Shown here: piece after piece, positions 15,048 through 15,611 of the stretch
Layout of the letters: every line of letters starts with the position of its first letter
How positions within the stretch are numbered: the stretch's first letter is position 1
Assembly (NCBI GenBank): GCA_041492755.1
Contig: JBGPXN010000101.1
Coordinates: 1-15,611 of the forward strand
Direction: 5' to 3'
DNA from: Candidatus Methylomirabilia bacterium
GTDB lineage: Bacteria; Methylomirabilota; Methylomirabilia; Rokubacteriales; CSP1-6
DNA length: 15,611 nt
Program-made: the position numbers and the translations under genes
The notes under the pieces: model-generated
Database searches by the model: none
What the model saw: only the letters and a program-made list of their open reading frames with translations
What the model was told of the DNA's origin: nothing

Positions 15048-15611
15048 TCAAAAGCCGAGCGCGCGGACTTCGTCTCGGAAGCGCTGGACGTTGCGGAGCT
15101 TGATGTCCTCGTAGCCGCGGATGAGATCCGGCAGACCGGCGAGCTTCACGGCGCGCTCGTAGGACTCCGGGGACAGGTCCGCCAGCGCCTTGTCCACGAG
15201 CGCGCGGTATTCGCCGACGAGCGCGCGCTCCACCCGGCGCACCTCGGCCCGGCCGAACGGGTCGAGCGCGGTGCCGCGGAGCCGGCGCATCGAGGTCAGC
15301 ATCCGGAACGCGCCGTCGAACCAGCGCCCGAACCGGATCTTCTTGGTCCAGCCCATGGCGCGGAGCATCGGCGGGTGCAGGTTGTACTCGACTTTCACGC
15401 CGTCCGGATACTCGGCGGCCAGGCGCGCCGCGAGGTCGTTCTTGAGATGCAGGCGCGCGACTTCGTACTCGTCCTTGTAGGCCATGAGCTTGAAGAGATA
15501 CCGCGCCACCGCCTCGCTCAAGCGCGTCTCCCCCGGCATCGCCGTGCGCTCCGCGGCCGCCACACGCTTCACGACGTCCACGTACTCCCGCGCGTACGCC
15601 GCGTCCTGGTA
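15048..15611 (-). CDS. C-terminal part of a fused indolepyruvate:ferredoxin oxidoreductase family protein (DUF6537-like C-terminal domain); 5'-truncated by the window edge
   Basis: The frame is open to the window end (YQDAAYAREYVDVV...). Hallmark motifs AVARYLFKLMAYKDEYEVARL, LHPP, KKIRFG.W, RRLRGTALDPFG..EVRR.ER and LPDLIRGYEDIK. Stop TGA at 15048-15050. Confidence 0.9.
   Translation of the reverse strand, partial: YQDAAYAREYVDVVKRVAAAERTAMPGETRLSEAVARYLFKLMAYKDEYEVARLHLKNDLAARLAAEYPDGVKVEYNLHPPMLRAMGWTKKIRFGRWFDGAFRMLTSMRRLRGTALDPFGRAEVRRVERALVGEYRALVDKALADLSPESYERAVKLAGLPDLIRGYEDIKLRNVQRFRDEVRALGF

Overview
A very GC-rich bacterial window with no RNA genes, CRISPR array or recognisable mobile element. 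It holds ten protein-coding genes. On the + strand: a 5'-truncated Cys-type sulfatase; a FIST (NosP-like) sensor directly upstream of a soluble PAS/3xGAF hybrid histidine kinase; and a hydantoinase-B/hydantoinase-A (oxoprolinase family) pair followed by a TfdA-like Fe(II)/2-oxoglutarate dioxygenase. On the - strand: a small secreted matrixin-type metallopeptidase (divergent from hydantoinase B); a 13-TM fused MFS/spermidine-synthase-fold protein; a hot-dog thioesterase; and the 3' end of a fused indolepyruvate:ferredoxin oxidoreductase-family gene. The most interesting observation is the MFS/SpeE-fold fusion: its catalytic motifs depart from aminopropyltransferases and its topology suggests an extracytoplasmic SAM-binding domain, with sigma54-like sites upstream. 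Other candidates are the FIST-kinase module with its short N-terminal helical segment, the putative lactamase plus dioxygenase catabolic operon with a leaderless TATAAT promoter, a composite REP-like palindrome cluster (14920-15043) and an 18-bp tandem repeat (1383-1442). All family calls come from recognising motifs by eye; no database searches were run.
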